This document shows, one piece after another, positions 39,426 through 50,957 of a DNA stretch of 64,000 nucleotides. The first letter of the stretch is position 1, and every line of letters starts with the position of its first letter. The DNA lies in assembly GCA_046758505.1 (NCBI GenBank), contig JBHIAH010000002.1, positions 32,001 through 96,000 of the forward strand, in the 5' to 3' direction. The stretch comes from Candidatus Methylomirabilales bacterium (GTDB taxonomy: Bacteria; Methylomirabilota; Methylomirabilia; Methylomirabilales; CSP1-5). A program made the position numbers and the translations under genes. A model generated the notes under the pieces. That model searched no databases, had not been told where the DNA came from, and saw only the letters and a list, made by a program, of their open reading frames with translations.

Positions 39426-41401
39426 CGGCCGCGCCCCTCGTGTTTCAGGAAAACGGCAGCGAGGGGGGGGAGGGTCACGGTAAGGGAGTACGGGCGACCG
39501 TGCACGGGAGTTGGCACCGCTTCAATGCCCCCCAGGTTGCCCCGACCACTCCCCCCGTACGCTGTGGCATCGCTATTCAGCATCTCCCGCCAGAACCCGC
39601 CCTCCGGGGCACCCACGCGGTAATTACGCCGGGGCACGGGGGTGAAATTACAGACAACGAGCACGACAGCATCCGCGGATTTCCCCTTCCGGATCCAGCT
39701 GATGACGCTGGAGGCCGCGTCGTTACAGTCGATCCACTCGAATCCCGCCGGATGGCAGTCCAGCTCGTGAAGCGCCGGCTCGCTCCGGTAGAGGCGGTTC
39801 AGGTCTGCCACCAATCGCTGCAGGCCGGCATGCGGGGCCTCGCTCAAACGGTCCCACTCGATGCTGCCGTCGTGGGCCCACTCCCGCCGCTGGCCCAACT
39901 CTCCGCCCATGAAGAGGAGCTTCTTGGCCGGCTGGGCATACATGTATCCGAACAGCACCCGCATGTTGGCAAACTTCTGCCAGTCGTCCCCGGGCATCTT
40001 GGCCAAGAGCGAGCCCTTGCCGTGGACCACCTCATCATGGGACAGGGGGAGGATAAAGTTTTCGTGAAAGGCGTACAGCATCCGAAAGGTCAGCGTGTTG
40101 TGATGGTAGGTTCTGTAGATGGGATCCCGCGACATGTACTGGAGCGTGTCATGCATCCACCCCATATCCCACTTCAGGCCGAAGCCGAGCCCCCCCACGT
40201 AGGTCGGCCGGGATACCATCGGCCACGCCGTGGACTCTTCGGCAACCGTCTGGACGTCGGGGTGGCTCTGGTAGACCTCTTCATTAAGTCGGCGCAGAAA
40301 GGCAATGGCATCGAGGTTCTCCCGCCCGCCGTACTGGTTGGGAATCCACTCCCCTTCTTTCCGGGAGTAATCAAGATAGAGCATGGAGGCCACCGCATCC
40401 ACGCGCAGGCCGTCGGCGTGGTACCGGTCCAGCCAGAAGAGCGCGCTACTGATCAAGAAGCTGCGCACTTCACTCCGGCCGTAGTTAAAGACAAACGTGT
40501 TCCAGTCGGGGTGAATGCCCTGCCTGGGATCGGCATGTTCGTACAGGTGCGTGCCGTCGAAATAGCCGAGGCCGTGCTCGTCGGTTGGAAAGTGCGAGGG
40601 CACCCAATCCAGGATCACCCCAATGCCGTGCCGGTGCAGGTAATCGATCAGATACATGAGGTCCTGGGGGGTGCCGTAGTTGCCGGAGGGCGCGAAGTAC
40701 CCGGTGGTCTGATACCCCCACGAGGCGAAGAAGGGGTGGTCCATGATCGGAAGGAACTCAACATGGGTAAAGCCCATTTGCTGGACGTACTCCGCCAGGG
40801 CGGGAGCCAGCTCGCGGTAGCTCAGGGAGCGGTACCCTTCCGTGGGCACCCGCCTCCAAGAGCCCAGGTGCACCTCGTAGATGGCGAGGGGGGCGTCGAG
40901 GGCGTTACCGCGGCGTCGCGTCTCCATCCAATCCCGGTCGTCCCAAGGATATTCGAGATCCCACACAATCGAGGCCGTCTTCGGCGGGATCTCGTTGAAC
41001 ACCGCAAAGGGATCGGCCTTCTCCACCCGGTAGCCGTTAAACCGGGAACAGATGTAATACTTGTAAAGCGCTCCCGTGCCGACTCCCGGAATAAACCCCT
41101 CCCAGATCCCCGACTGCCCGCGGGGATGCAAGGGATGGCTCGCCCTGTCCCACGTATTGAAGGTTCCCGTCACGAATACCCGCTCGGCACCGGGGGCCCA
41201 GACGGCGAAGGACGTGCCGTCCGTCCCATCCACCGTCATCGGGTGGGCCCCGAACTTCTCATACAGGCGGAAATGGCTCCCCTCGTTGAAGAGGTAGAGA
41301 TCATCATCCGTCAACAGGGTCGCCTCGGGGGGGACCCTCGGTGCCCTCGCCCTCGACCGGGATTTCCGGGTCGACTCCTCTCTCGCCTTCTTGCCCCTCA
41401 T
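39422..41401 (-). CDS. glgB: 1,4-alpha-glucan branching enzyme
   Basis: [27 protein letters not shown] and SHDEVVHGK motifs; start ATG at 41401 overlaps the malQ stop. Confidence 0.95.
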   Translation of the reverse strand: MRGKKAREESTRKSRSRARAPRVPPEATLLTDDDLYLFNEGSHFRLYEKFGAHPMTVDGTDGTSFAVWAPGAERVFVTGTFNTWDRASHPLHPRGQSGIWEGFIPGVGTGALYKYYICSRFNGYRVEKADPFAVFNEIPPKTASIVWDLEYPWDDRDWMETRRRGNALDAPLAIYEVHLGSWRRVPTEGYRSLSYRELAPALAEYVQQMGFTHVEFLPIMDHPFFASWGYQTTGYFAPSGNYGTPQDLMYLIDYLHRHGIGVILDWVPSHFPTDEHGLGYFDGTHLYEHADPRQGIHPDWNTFVFNYGRSEVRSFLISSALFWLDRYHADGLRVDAVASMLYLDYSRKEGEWIPNQYGGRENLDAIAFLRRLNEEVYQSHPDVQTVAEESTAWPMVSRPTYVGGLGFGLKWDMGWMHDTLQYMSRDPIYRTYHHNTLTFRMLYAFHENFILPLSHDEVVHGKGSLLAKMPGDDWQKFANMRVLFGYMYAQPAKKLLFMGGELGQRREWAHDGSIEWDRLSEAPHAGLQRLVADLNRLYRSEPALHELDCHPAGFEWIDCNDAASSVISWIRKGKSADAVVLVVCNFTPVPRRNYRVGAPEGGFWREMLNSDATAYGGSGRGNLGGIEAVPTPVHGRPYSLTVTLPPLAAVFLKHEGRGR

Positions 41402-43536
41402 CGAGCGCTCCTCCCCTGCCTCCGCAGGCCCTCGATATCCCGAAGCGTATCCAGCACGGTGGACATTGTACACAAGGCTTCCAGGCTGTGCCGCGCCTTC
41501 CGCTGCCAATTGGGGCACTCCTCGCGGGTGGCGGGGACATTCTGGGGTTGGGTCTCGAGCCACAGGTCTTCCAGGTTGACGAGCACAACGCGCGCCGGAC
41601 CCGCACCCAAGAAGCGCAGGCACGCCTTCAGCGCGGCGTGTCCGTTCGCCGGATCTGCCTTGAGCCAGCCCTGACCTTCGAGGAAGCCCGCCAGGGCACG
41701 CTTCAGGGTCTGCCGATGTTTCCGCTCGAGTGCTGCGCCCCTCCGGTCGACGAGGCCCCGACGCCGTCGGTCTGCAATGTCCAGACCCCGCCAATACGCG
41801 GCGAAGGGGGGCATGTCGTGCGTGTTCAGGCTCGCCACCGCCTCGCGCGGTGCCCCCCGAAATACCCGGCGGGTGTCAGTTGCCAGTTCGTACTGCAGCA
41901 CGTGCATCCGGTGTAGGTTATGTCGGGCCATGGTCGAATGCACATACGCCGGAACGGTACCGAGGTTCTCCCCGACGATCGATGCCTTATATCGGTGGGA
42001 CTCGAGGCTGACAATGGCATACAGCTCCTCGGCAGGATAACGCACATAGACCCCCTCCCGCGACTCGAGCCCCTTGGGGATCCAGAAGAGTCGGTGAAGC
42101 CCCATCACGTGGTCGATGCGAAGGAGGCCGGCGTGCGCGAGCTGATGGCGGAGGGTGGCGATGACGTACCGGTAGCCCTGCGCCCTGATCGCTCCAGGAT
42201 GCAAGGGTGGGAAGCCCCAATCTTGCCCTGCGGTAAACACCGCATCCGGAGGCGCACCGCCTGAGACATCCAGGGCAAAGGCCTCGCGCTCGCGCCAGAC
42301 GTCATAGCTATGGGGGTGCACCCCCAGGGGGAGATCAAGGTATACATCCACGTCCACACCCTTCGTCTTCTCTGCAAGGGCGTGGATCTGCCCATGCGCC
42401 ACCCACTGGACATACAGGTGGTAGTGCCTGGCCGTCTCATCATAGTCCCCCTCGCGGAGGACGCCGTCGCGAAGTGGTGGAGGCCATGAGGGCCAGGGAG
42501 TACCCTGCCGCTCACCCGTGGCCCGGAAGCGGGCGTAATCGGCGACCTGGGGATGGTCCTCGACGAAGCGCTGAAAGGCAGCATGCCGCTCCGTCCTTTC
42601 GGCAACAAAGCCACGGACCAGCTCCTCAAGCACTGTTCGCTTGAGAGCCATCTGCCGCCGGTAGTCGATCAACGAAGAGGACCGCAGCGCATCAAGCTCC
42701 CGCTGAACTTCCTCTGATGCAAGGAGGGCCTGGGCGGTGGGACACCGCTTGAGTTCCGGGATCCGCGTCACGTCCAGGTACAACTCGTTCCAGAAGAGGC
42801 GGCTCGCCGGGGCATAGGGGCTCGGGTCACACGGCTCATCCAAAAAAGCCGCCAAAAGGGGCAGCGTCGCCACAACGCTCCCCCCGAGGCCCGCAACCCA
42901 CTCGACCAAGGCCGCCAGATCAGTGAAGTCGCCACCGCCCCAGCTGTGCGCGGAATGGAGGGCGTAGAGCGGGAGAAAGACTCCCCAGGTCTTTCTCGCG
43001 CAGTCTTCGGAAGGGGAGTACGCCCGCATGGGAGCAGAAGTAATCATGGTCTCGAAAGGCCCCCCACGCGTTTCGAGCCTCAGGCGATGGTACCCCCAGG
43101 GCAACGGGCCGGGGAGGGGAAGCCTCGTGGCCAGGTAGCGCTCACCTTCTATGTCGACGGCCTGGCGCAGAGACAGCGAAGCGAGGTCCACCGTCCAGGT
43201 CTGGATTTCTCCCGACTCGGGTGTCAGATGGCAGGCCACAGAGCCGCTGGAGTGCCCCACCGGCAGGCGGAGCTCGAATGCGGTTGGTCCACCGTCCCAC
43301 GCCACCACGACCGGCTCCACCCCCTGCCTCCACAGGGCCTGCCGGCGCTCCCGAAGTGCCGCGGGGACGTCACGGGTCGAATCGACGGGCGCGCCGAGCG
43401 CCCGCAGGGTCAGGAGAAGGGCATCGGGTGAGGCCGACTTTCGCCGATGAAAGACATCGACGTACGTGGCCTGGACACCGTACAGGCGGGCCAGTTGCCG
43501 GAGCGAAGCGATGGACGCCCCCGCCCCCCGGGTCAT
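41398..43536 (-). CDS. malQ: 4-alpha-glucanotransferase (amylomaltase)
   Basis: [13 protein letters not shown]...[18 protein letters not shown] and NTHD motifs; start at 43536 overlaps the treS stop. Confidence 0.94.
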   Translation of the reverse strand: MTRGAGASIASLRQLARLYGVQATYVDVFHRRKSASPDALLLTLRALGAPVDSTRDVPAALRERRQALWRQGVEPVVVAWDGGPTAFELRLPVGHSSGSVACHLTPESGEIQTWTVDLASLSLRQAVDIEGERYLATRLPLPGPLPWGYHRLRLETRGGPFETMITSAPMRAYSPSEDCARKTWGVFLPLYALHSAHSWGGGDFTDLAALVEWVAGLGGSVVATLPLLAAFLDEPCDPSPYAPASRLFWNELYLDVTRIPELKRCPTAQALLASEEVQRELDALRSSSLIDYRRQMALKRTVLEELVRGFVAERTERHAAFQRFVEDHPQVADYARFRATGERQGTPWPSWPPPLRDGVLREGDYDETARHYHLYVQWVAHGQIHALAEKTKGVDVDVYLDLPLGVHPHSYDVWREREAFALDVSGGAPPDAVFTAGQDWGFPPLHPGAIRAQGYRYVIATLRHQLAHAGLLRIDHVMGLHRLFWIPKGLESREGVYVRYPAEELYAIVSLESHRYKASIVGENLGTVPAYVHSTMARHNLHRMHVLQYELATDTRRVFRGAPREAVASLNTHDMPPFAAYWRGLDIADRRRRGLVDRRGAALERKHRQTLKRALAGFLEGQGWLKADPANGHAALKACLRFLGAGPARVVLVNLEDLWLETQPQNVPATREECPNWQRKARHSLEALCTMSTVLDTLRDIEGLRRQGRSAR

Positions 43537-46500
43537 CCGGCGGCCTCCAGCAGCTGCAGGATGCCCTGGAGCGGGATCTTGACCCAGTCGGGCCGACTGT
43601 TGAGCTCGTACCCCAGCTCGTAGACGGCCTTCTCCAGGAGGAGCACGTCCAAGAGCACCTGGAGTTCCTGCCGACTCTGAGGCACCAGGGGCGTCTCGCC
43701 GGCAATGTCGAGGTAGGCCCTGAAGAACGTCGCGGAGACCCCGAGGTACCAGAAGCGCGCCCACGCCTCCAGGGTGGCGACGGCCTCAGGGTGGGATTGC
43801 ACTACACCCCTCGCCGCATGCTCGAACAGAGAAGCGTAGGCGGCGTAGTGGAAAGAGCGGAGCATACCGGCCACATCCCTGAGCGCCGAGCGCTTGAGCC
43901 TCCGCTCGCTCAGGGGCCGGGCCGGCTCCCCCTCGAAATCGATGATGACGAAGTCCTTGCCCGTGTACAGCACCTGTCCAAGATGATAGTCGCCGTGGCA
44001 GCGGATCCGCATGGCCGTAATCCGCCGGTCGCGGATCCGTCGGAACCGCTTCCGAATGTCTCCCTCAAGGTCCAGAACCCTCCTGGCCGGCTCCTCTTCA
44101 GCCTTCGGAATATCCTTCAGGCGCCGGCGCAGGAGCTGGAAAGCCCGATCCGTTAGGCCAAGCATGCCATGATAGAGCGCCTGCCGGTAAAAGTCCGACA
44201 GGGGTTCGGGGGCGAAATCTGGACTGTCCGCGTCATGCGTCAACGCCACGTGGAGTTCTGCCGTGCGCCGGCCCAGGAGTTCAGCCGACGCGAGGTAGGG
44301 ACCGACGGTCTCCTGAACTAGCGCGGGGAGGTCCTGCTCACTCAGGGCCAGAAGCGGCTCGCCCGGAATGGGCGGGGCCTGCCACTCGGGGTGTGCCAGC
44401 GCTCGCTCGAAATACCGACCCAGGGCGTCCAACGTATACGTCCAGGCATCGCCTTGATTCGGGACGAAACCTTGAAGGATGCCCACGGTGATTGGCTGGG
44501 CTCGGGCCCGCCGGTACTCCAGGGCCCCCGCGACGGGGGGAATGTGGGCAAAAGAAGTCCGCTCCGTGAGAAATCGTCCGATCTCCAGGTCGGGATTTAT
44601 CCCCTGCTCGAGGCGCCGAAAAATCTTCAAGACCAATCGGTCTCCGTATACCGCCGACGTGTTGCTCTGCTCCGCCTTGATGATTGCGGGATCGAGGCGG
44701 TCTTCTGCCGGGCCCCGAACCTTCCGAAACGCCCGCGTGGGTGAGGCCAGAACCTCACCCCACCTCCCCTTCAGGTGGCGGCGCCGACCCACAGCCTCAA
44801 GAAGACCCATACAGAAGCCTGTATCCCACATTGCATCATAGAGCACTCCTTCCTCACTCCTGCCCTCTCCCGTCAACCGAAGGCGGGCGACGATCGCGTG
44901 ACTGCCGGGCCTTTGCGCTGCCCCTTTTTCAGAGGCATAGGTGAGCGGAAGCATATAGAGCTCCGGCTCACCCTCGGTGTACCGGGCCTCAACCATGCCA
45001 AGCACAGCGCCGGACGGCCCGGACGACACGGAAATGGTGTCGAGGATCTTTGCCGCCTTTATCTGGCGTGCCTTCCCTCCGAACCAGCGACTCTCGTTCA
45101 GATACGCGGGCAGGATCTCTTCCAGGGCGATCTTGACCTCGCCCCGGAAGATGGCATCCCAGGAACCCCTCACCGTGAGGGTGGGGAGTCTGGCTTCTCC
45201 GGCATCGATGGGCGCGGGTGCCTCGATGCGCTGCCGCTCCAGCGCAAACCAATAAAAGGTGTGGGGCCCCAGGGTGAAGAAGTACGGATGCTCCCCGATC
45301 GGGGGAAACGCGGTTCGACCGAACATCTCGACGGGCACCATCGCTTTAAACTCCGAAAGGTTCAACTCAACACAATGGACGAAACGCGAGAGGTTGGCCA
45401 GCACCAGGATGCACTCATCCTGGTAGCGCCGGAGAAAGGCCAGCACCTTGCGATTCTCCGGATGGAGAAACTCCAGGCTGCCTTGCCCGAACGCCTTGAA
45501 GCGCTTCCTGAGGGCAATCAGGCGCTTCATCCACCACAATCGTGAATGAGGATTGTTCTGCTGGGCCTCGACGTTGACGGCTTCATAATGATACTCGGGA
45601 TCAATTATGACAGGGAGATAGAGCCGCTGGGGATTCGCCCGGGAAAAACCGGCGTTCCGGTCGGCGCTCCACTGCATCGGCGTGCGGACGCCGCTGCGGT
45701 CGCCCAGATAAATGTTGTCCCCCATCCCGATCTCGTCCCCGTAGTAGATCACCGGGGTTCCCGGCAAGGAAAAGAGCAGGCCGTTCATGAGTTCGATCCG
45801 TCTGTGGTGATTGCCGAGCAGGGGCGCCAGCCGCCGACGGATGCCCAGATTGATCCGCGCTTGCGGGTCTTGGGCATAGACCCGGTACATGTAATCCCGG
45901 TCTTCATCGGTCACCATCTCGAGCGTAAGCTCATCGTGGTTCCGCAGGAAGAGCGCCCACTGGCAACCCTCGGGGATCGACGGGGTTTCCTGGAGGACCT
46001 CGATGATGGGGAAGCGATCTTCGGTGCGGACCGCCATGAACAGGCGCGGCATCACGGGGAAATGATACGCCATGTGACACTCATCCCCCTCGCCGAAGTA
46101 GGCCGCGGCGTCCTCCGGCCACTGGTTTGCCTCCGCCAGGAGCATGCGGTCCCTGTATTTCCCGTCGACGTACTGCCGAAGCTTCTTCAGGAAGACGTGC
46201 GTTTCTGGAAGATTCTCGCAGTTGGTCCCCTCGCGTTCGTAGAGGTATGGCACGGCATCCAGCCGCAATCCGTCCACCCCCATCCCCATCCAGAAATCCA
46301 CCGCCTGGAGCATTGCCCGTCGCACCGAAGGGCTGTCGTAGTTCAGGTCCGGTTGGTGCGCGTAAAATCGGTGCCAGTAGTAGGCCTGGGCCACAGGATC
46401 CCAGGCCCAGTTGGAGGACTCGTAATCCTTGAAGATGATCCGGGCATCGCGGTACCTGTCACGGGTGTTGCTCCAGACGTAGAAGTTGCGCCATCGGCCC

Positions 46501-46868
46501 CCGGGATCCGCCCGGCGGGCGCGCTGGAACCACGGATGCTGGTCGGAGGTGTGATTCAGGACCAGCTCGGTGATGACCCGCAGGCCCCGCCGGTGGGCTT
46601 CGCGCAGGAAGACGTGAAAGTCGTGCACGGTTCCGTACGCGGCGTGCACGTTCGTGTAGTCGGCGATGTCATACCCGTCGTCCTTTAGCGGTGACGGGTA
46701 GAATGGGAGGAGCCAAATCGCCGTGACCCCCAAGTCGTGGAGGTAGTCCAGCTTCTCGGTCAGCCCCCGAAAGTCCCCCACCCCGTCGCCGTCACTGTCG
46801 AAGAACGCCCGGACGTGGAGTTCGTAGATAACAGCGTGCTTGTACCAGAGGGGATCCCCCGCCGTCAT
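43533..46868 (-). CDS. treS: Trehalose synthase-maltokinase fusion (TreS-Mak/Pep2)
   Basis: TreS part: LRLDAVPYL, AEANQ, RNHDELTLE. Maltokinase part: EQSNTS, HGDYHLGQVL, DFEGEP. Confidence 0.95.
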   Translation of the reverse strand: MTAGDPLWYKHAVIYELHVRAFFDSDGDGVGDFRGLTEKLDYLHDLGVTAIWLLPFYPSPLKDDGYDIADYTNVHAAYGTVHDFHVFLREAHRRGLRVITELVLNHTSDQHPWFQRARRADPGGRWRNFYVWSNTRDRYRDARIIFKDYESSNWAWDPVAQAYYWHRFYAHQPDLNYDSPSVRRAMLQAVDFWMGMGVDGLRLDAVPYLYEREGTNCENLPETHVFLKKLRQYVDGKYRDRMLLAEANQWPEDAAAYFGEGDECHMAYHFPVMPRLFMAVRTEDRFPIIEVLQETPSIPEGCQWALFLRNHDELTLEMVTDEDRDYMYRVYAQDPQARINLGIRRRLAPLLGNHHRRIELMNGLLFSLPGTPVIYYGDEIGMGDNIYLGDRSGVRTPMQWSADRNAGFSRANPQRLYLPVIIDPEYHYEAVNVEAQQNNPHSRLWWMKRLIALRKRFKAFGQGSLEFLHPENRKVLAFLRRYQDECILVLANLSRFVHCVELNLSEFKAMVPVEMFGRTAFPPIGEHPYFFTLGPHTFYWFALERQRIEAPAPIDAGEARLPTLTVRGSWDAIFRGEVKIALEEILPAYLNESRWFGGKARQIKAAKILDTISVSSGPSGAVLGMVEARYTEGEPELYMLPLTYASEKGAAQRPGSHAIVARLRLTGEGRSEEGVLYDAMWDTGFCMGLLEAVGRRRHLKGRWGEVLASPTRAFRKVRGPAEDRLDPAIIKAEQSNTSAVYGDRLVLKIFRRLEQGINPDLEIGRFLTERTSFAHIPPVAGALEYRRARAQPITVGILQGFVPNQGDAWTYTLDALGRYFERALAHPEWQAPPIPGEPLLALSEQDLPALVQETVGPYLASAELLGRRTAELHVALTHDADSPDFAPEPLSDFYRQALYHGMLGLTDRAFQLLRRRLKDIPKAEEEPARRVLDLEGDIRKRFRRIRDRRITAMRIRCHGDYHLGQVLYTGKDFVIIDFEGEPARPLSERRLKRSALRDVAGMLRSFHYAAYASLFEHAARGVVQSHPEAVATLEAWARFWYLGVSATFFRAYLDIAGETPLVPQSRQELQVLLDVLLLEKAVYELGYELNSRPDWVKIPLQGILQLLEAAG

Positions 46869-47176
46869 GAAGGCATCTCTCCCTTCCCGCACCGGCCGTT
46901 TCCGTCATGCGACCGCGGTGGCATCGAATCCCCTCCGCGTGACCCTTCGGCACCGCAGCGGGCCGGGTGGCACCACGGTCCCGATCCCATCCAACCATGC
47001 GCAGCAGCACGGCGTCCCCAGTTCCCCGAGTCTCACCGCGGCCTCCACCCCCAATACCGCATGAACGCGCGGTTGCCCGAATTGGGTGAGCACAAGCGGC
47101 CCCCATTATGACGACGGCGAGCATGCCTGCCCGCCGCCCCGCCGAACTCCCCCCACGCCTTTTTGATACCACCCGC

Positions 47177-47389
47177 TTACGGCCCGTAGACCCCATGCCA
47201 TCGGTACCGGGCCTCCGGCCACCCCTTCCGGGTGAGGGCCGGCTGGCGCTGCTCCACGAGGAAATTAATATGCCTGTCATGCTCGGCCTGGATGACCCTC
47301 ATCCCCTTGGGACGACGATTCAACACGCCCCGAGCCTGATGCAGAAACATGAGGAGTTCGCGCCGTTTCTCAAGAAATTGGAACTGCAC
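47177..47389 (-). CDS. Small hypothetical protein (70 aa)
   Basis: GTG start after GAAGAGGAG; no recognisable motif. Confidence 0.3.
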   Translation of the reverse strand: MQFQFLEKRRELLMFLHQARGVLNRRPKGMRVIQAEHDRHINFLVEQRQPALTRKGWPEARYRWHGVYGP

Positions 47390-47451
47390 CTCCTCTTCCC
47401 CTCCTGCCACCCTGCGTCCCCCCCAGAATCCGGACCTCCACACGCGCCGGT

Positions 47452-47988
47452 TTACTTCGATGCGCCCCCAGGGGGCGACCCTTGCTCCAGCTCCTTTGCC
47501 AAACTGGTGATTCGTTCCTGGATCTTCACGTCCAGCCGCTCCAGGCCTTTCTTGATCTCGTCCAGCTTGGCGCCGATGGCCTCGCGGACGGCAGGAGTTG
47601 TGCCGCCCATTGCGGTGAGGGCCCCCTTGGCCGCCTCGATCTTTTGCATGGCCCTGCCAAAATTCCGCTGTCCAACTTCAGCTGATGCTTGCGTCAGAGA
47701 GTCGATCACCTCATCGAGACCCGCCTTCAGTTTCGCGCGCGCCAGGGCGCGTTCGAGCTGAGATTTCTGCGCTTCCAGGACTTGCTTCTCCAGGGAGCTG
47801 ATTTGCGCCGTCATTTTCTCCTTCTGCGCTGCCACGCGCTGTTGCAACTCTTGCACCTTTTGCTCCCTGAAAAAGTATCCCGTCCCGAATCCCGCAACCA
47901 CCGCAACGATCACGACCACGACGGCGATGGCAACGAAGCGCAAGGTCTTTCCCAGACCCGCTCGTCCTTCACGTTCTTCATTGGTCAT
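47452..47988 (-). CDS. Membrane-anchored coiled-coil protein
   Basis: One N-terminal TM followed by a helical coiled coil; GGAGG RBS. Confidence 0.7.
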   Translation of the reverse strand: MTNEEREGRAGLGKTLRFVAIAVVVVIVAVVAGFGTGYFFREQKVQELQQRVAAQKEKMTAQISSLEKQVLEAQKSQLERALARAKLKAGLDEVIDSLTQASAEVGQRNFGRAMQKIEAAKGALTAMGGTTPAVREAIGAKLDEIKKGLERLDVKIQERITSLAKELEQGSPPGGASK

Positions 47989-48011
47989 CTTTCCACCTCC
48001 GGCGTGAAGGG

Positions 48012-48287
48012 CTATCGGCCTCGTCCCGGACCAGGCCGATCAGCCGGTCTCCCTTTCTGCTCTTTCTCCTTCTCCTCCGGAATCGGGGGCGGCGGGGATT
48101 GCTTGGGGCCCCTCACGGCCCGCTCCAGCCGGTCCAACGCGTCGGCGGTCTTCAGCCGAAGCGCCTCCGTGGCAGAACCCACGGACTTTACCTGACCCCG
48201 CAGATCCTGAATGCCCCCGGCTTGCATGTACGCGAGAATCGCAATCACGAGCGCCACGATGGCGATGATCAGGGCCACGATCTCCAT
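48012..48287 (-). CDS. Small single-TM protein (91 aa)
   Basis: MEIVALIIAIVALVIAILAY TM, short coil and Pro/charged tail; GGGAGG RBS. Confidence 0.65.
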   Translation of the reverse strand: MEIVALIIAIVALVIAILAYMQAGGIQDLRGQVKSVGSATEALRLKTADALDRLERAVRGPKQSPPPPIPEEKEKEQKGRPADRPGPGRGR

Positions 48288-48342
48288 GGCAAACCCTCCC
48301 TGTTTCGGTGCAGATTTACTGGATCATCAGGTCGATATTCGA

Positions 48343-48371
48343 ATTATAGTCGATGAAGACCGAATTGTCAT
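48343..48371 (-). promoter_or_regulatory. Sigma70 promoter
   Basis: ATGACA-17-TATAAT, 55 bp upstream of the ATG at 48287. Confidence 0.55.
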
Positions 48372-48500
48372 TGGCAGTTCTCTCACAGAACCGGAAACCC
48401 ACGTCCAGGATTCTGTTCCAATCAGATGTTTGAAAACCCCTCAGCGGAAGGAAAGCGGCAGGCGAGAGATGAAAGGCCGGCGGTTGAAGCGGACCTGCAC

Positions 48501-48575
48501 TGGTGGGCGAAACAGGGTTCGAACCTGTGACCCCCTGCTTGTAAGGCAGGTGCTCTCCCACTGAGCTATTCGCCC
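48501..48575 (-). tRNA. tRNA-Val(UAC)
   Basis: Acceptor GGGCGAA/TTCGCCC, anticodon arm CCTGC-CTTACAA-GCAGG, T loop TTCGAAC and encoded CCA. Confidence 0.97.
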
Positions 48576-48883
48576 CCACTCCCCCTCGAATGCCATACGG
48601 GATCACCAGCCTCCCAATATAGCCCCGCCCCACCCCCTGTCAAGGTGAAACGCGCCCCGGAGAGGCTCGCCTACCCTTGCTCTTTCACCACGACATGCAC
48701 ACCACAGATCCCGGGTCGGGACCCGGGGCAACACGAGACGGGTGGAGACGACGGAAGTGCACCGGATGAGGGGGCGAGGACACACAGGGCCCCCGGGCAT
48801 TCGCCCGACGGACGGAGAAACGCGACGGGCCCAGATCCCGCGGGAGAATCCGTGAAGCGATGAGAATCCAGGGCCGGGGACCG

Positions 48884-50137
48884 CTACGGGGCGGACCGAT
48901 GGGACCAGGGGGGCTTCGGCTCTTCCCGGGAAAGGACGACGATCCCGCTTTCCGTCACGAAAAACCGCTCCCGATCCTTCTCCAGGTCGTAGCCGATCGC
49001 GGTTCCTAGCGGGACAGAGACGTTCTTGTCGATGATCGCCCGCCGGATCCGGCAGCCTCGTCCGATCTCGACCCGGCTCATGATGACCGCATCCTCGATG
49101 AGGCAATAGCTGTGAATCCGGACGTTCGGGCCGATCACCGAGCCGCGCACCACGCTTCCGCTGATGATGGTCCCCTCGGCCACAATCGAGTTCAGGGCGG
49201 ACCCCCGGCGTCCCTCTTCATCGAAGACAAATTTCGCGGGGGGGTTGCCGTACCCCACCGTCCGGATGGGCCAGCTTTGGTTGTACAGGTTAAACGACGG
49301 ATCGACCGCCCGGAGGTCCATGCTCGCCTCGTAGTAGGCGTCGAGCGTCCCGACATCCCGCCAGTAACTCGGCTCCTCCCCTTTCAGGGGGGTGGGGACG
49401 CGGTTCCTCCTGAAGTCGTACGCGTAGACCTGCCGCCCCTCCTTCACCAGGGTGGGGAGGATGTCGCGGCCAAAATCGTGGCTCCCCACCGGTTGCCGTG
49501 CGTCCTCCTCCAGCATCCGAACGAGCAGTTCCGTCTGGAACAGGTAGTTGCCCATGGAGGCCAGGGCGTACCCCGGCTCTCCCGGGATCGGCTTCGGTCG
49601 GGGGGGCTTTTCCTCGAAGCCGACGACCCGCCACCCGGGGTCCACCTCGAGCACCCCGAAGCTCGAAGCCTCTGCGAGCTTCACCGGGACTACCGCCACC
49701 GTGGCCTCCGCCCTGCTCGCCCGGTGGGACTCCACCATCTGACGGATGTTCATCTTATAGATATGGTCGGCCCCGAAGACGGCGACGCACCCGGGATCGG
49801 CCCGCTGGATCAGGTGGAGGTTCTGGTAAATGGCATCGGCCGTTCCACGGTACCAGTCAGCTCCCGTCTGCATCTGGGCCGGAACCGGGATCACAAAGTG
49901 ATCCTGGAGGACGCTGGAGAACCGCCAGCCTTCCCGAAGATGCTCCATGAGCGATTGGGCCTTGAACTGGGTGAGCACATAGATGGAGTAAACGCCGGAG
50001 TTGATGAAGTTCGACAGCACGAAGTCAATGATCCGGTACTTCCCGCCGAACGGGACGGCCGGCTTTGCTCGGTCCTTTGTGAGGGGATAGATACGCTCCC
50101 CTCGCCCACCGGCCAGGACCATCCCCAGGACTTCCAT
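48884..50137 (-). CDS. glgC: Glucose-1-phosphate adenylyltransferase
   Basis: [34 protein letters not shown] and YWRDVGT motifs. Confidence 0.96.
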   Translation of the reverse strand: MEVLGMVLAGGRGERIYPLTKDRAKPAVPFGGKYRIIDFVLSNFINSGVYSIYVLTQFKAQSLMEHLREGWRFSSVLQDHFVIPVPAQMQTGADWYRGTADAIYQNLHLIQRADPGCVAVFGADHIYKMNIRQMVESHRASRAEATVAVVPVKLAEASSFGVLEVDPGWRVVGFEEKPPRPKPIPGEPGYALASMGNYLFQTELLVRMLEEDARQPVGSHDFGRDILPTLVKEGRQVYAYDFRRNRVPTPLKGEEPSYWRDVGTLDAYYEASMDLRAVDPSFNLYNQSWPIRTVGYGNPPAKFVFDEEGRRGSALNSIVAEGTIISGSVVRGSVIGPNVRIHSYCLIEDAVIMSRVEIGRGCRIRRAIIDKNVSVPLGTAIGYDLEKDRERFFVTESGIVVLSREEPKPPWSHRSAP

Positions 50138-50281
50138 CAGCCGCCCTCCTCTTCACAGACCATATGCCGAGCGCCCACCCCAGTCAAGGCGGAAGCGCAA
50201 GCACTTCCGGGGCACGGATGTTCCCAGGCCTTCGTGCATCGGCCCCCTCCGAAGCAGGACTCCTCCCTAGTAACATCAAGG

Positions 50282-50337
50282 TTGACAATCTGAGACGATG
50301 AGCCCTATATTTAAAATGACCGGTCGGTCGGTCATTT
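50282..50337 (+). promoter_or_regulatory. Sigma70 promoter plus palindromic TetR operator
   Basis: TTGACA(50282)-18-TATATT, then AAATGACCG-N6-CGGTCATTT (50314-50337) over the predicted +1. Confidence 0.7.
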
Positions 50338-50354
50338 GAATCTGGAGACGCTAA

Positions 50355-50957
50355 GTGGCTATTATCGTTGACAAGGAGAGAAAGCGGGGAGAGATCCTCC
50401 AGGCGGCAATGCGGGTCTTTGCCCGTGACGGGTACCACCGGGCGAAAATGGAAGCCGTGGCGGAGGAGGCCGGCATCGGCAAGGGGACGGTGTACGAATA
50501 CTTCAAGAGCAAGACCGACCTGTTCCTGGCCTTACACGATCACATGCTCTCCGAGCTGAAGGACTTCTACATGCAAAGGCTCGAGGGGATCCGGCAACCG
50601 ACCGCCATGCTCGAGCGATTCATCGCGATCGCCTTTGAAACGTTCCGCCTGTGGGAGCCGTTCTTTCTGGTGTTTTTCGACTTCTGGGCCGAGGGGGGGC
50701 GCGGGGAGCAACAGATGCTCCTCCAGACGCGCCTGCGGCAGGCCTACACGGTCGCCCGGGGGGACGTCGGCGCCATCATCGCCGCCGGCGTCCAGGACGG
50801 GTCCTTCCGCTGCGACAACCCTCGGCTGGTCGCCGCCGGCATCCTGGCTACCCTCGACGGATTGGTCCTGCAATGGCTCTGCGACCGCCACGCCTTCGAC
50901 CTGGAAGCCATGCGCGAGACGCTCACCCGGATGGTCCTACGGAGCCTGCAGCCATGA
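50355..50957 (+). CDS. TetR/AcrR-family transcriptional regulator
   Basis: HTH VAEEAGIGKGTVYEYFKSK. Confidence 0.93.
   Translation: MAIIVDKERKRGEILQAAMRVFARDGYHRAKMEAVAEEAGIGKGTVYEYFKSKTDLFLALHDHMLSELKDFYMQRLEGIRQPTAMLERFIAIAFETFRLWEPFFLVFFDFWAEGGRGEQQMLLQTRLRQAYTVARGDVGAIIAAGVQDGSFRCDNPRLVAAGILATLDGLVLQWLCDRHAFDLEAMRETLTRMVLRSLQP

Noticed and set aside
28084..48575. Genomic island between tRNA-Asp and tRNA-Val
   Set aside because: No integrase seen and no duplicated tRNA 3' end (att). The tRNA-Asp copy duplicates the 5' part and sits immediately adjacent.
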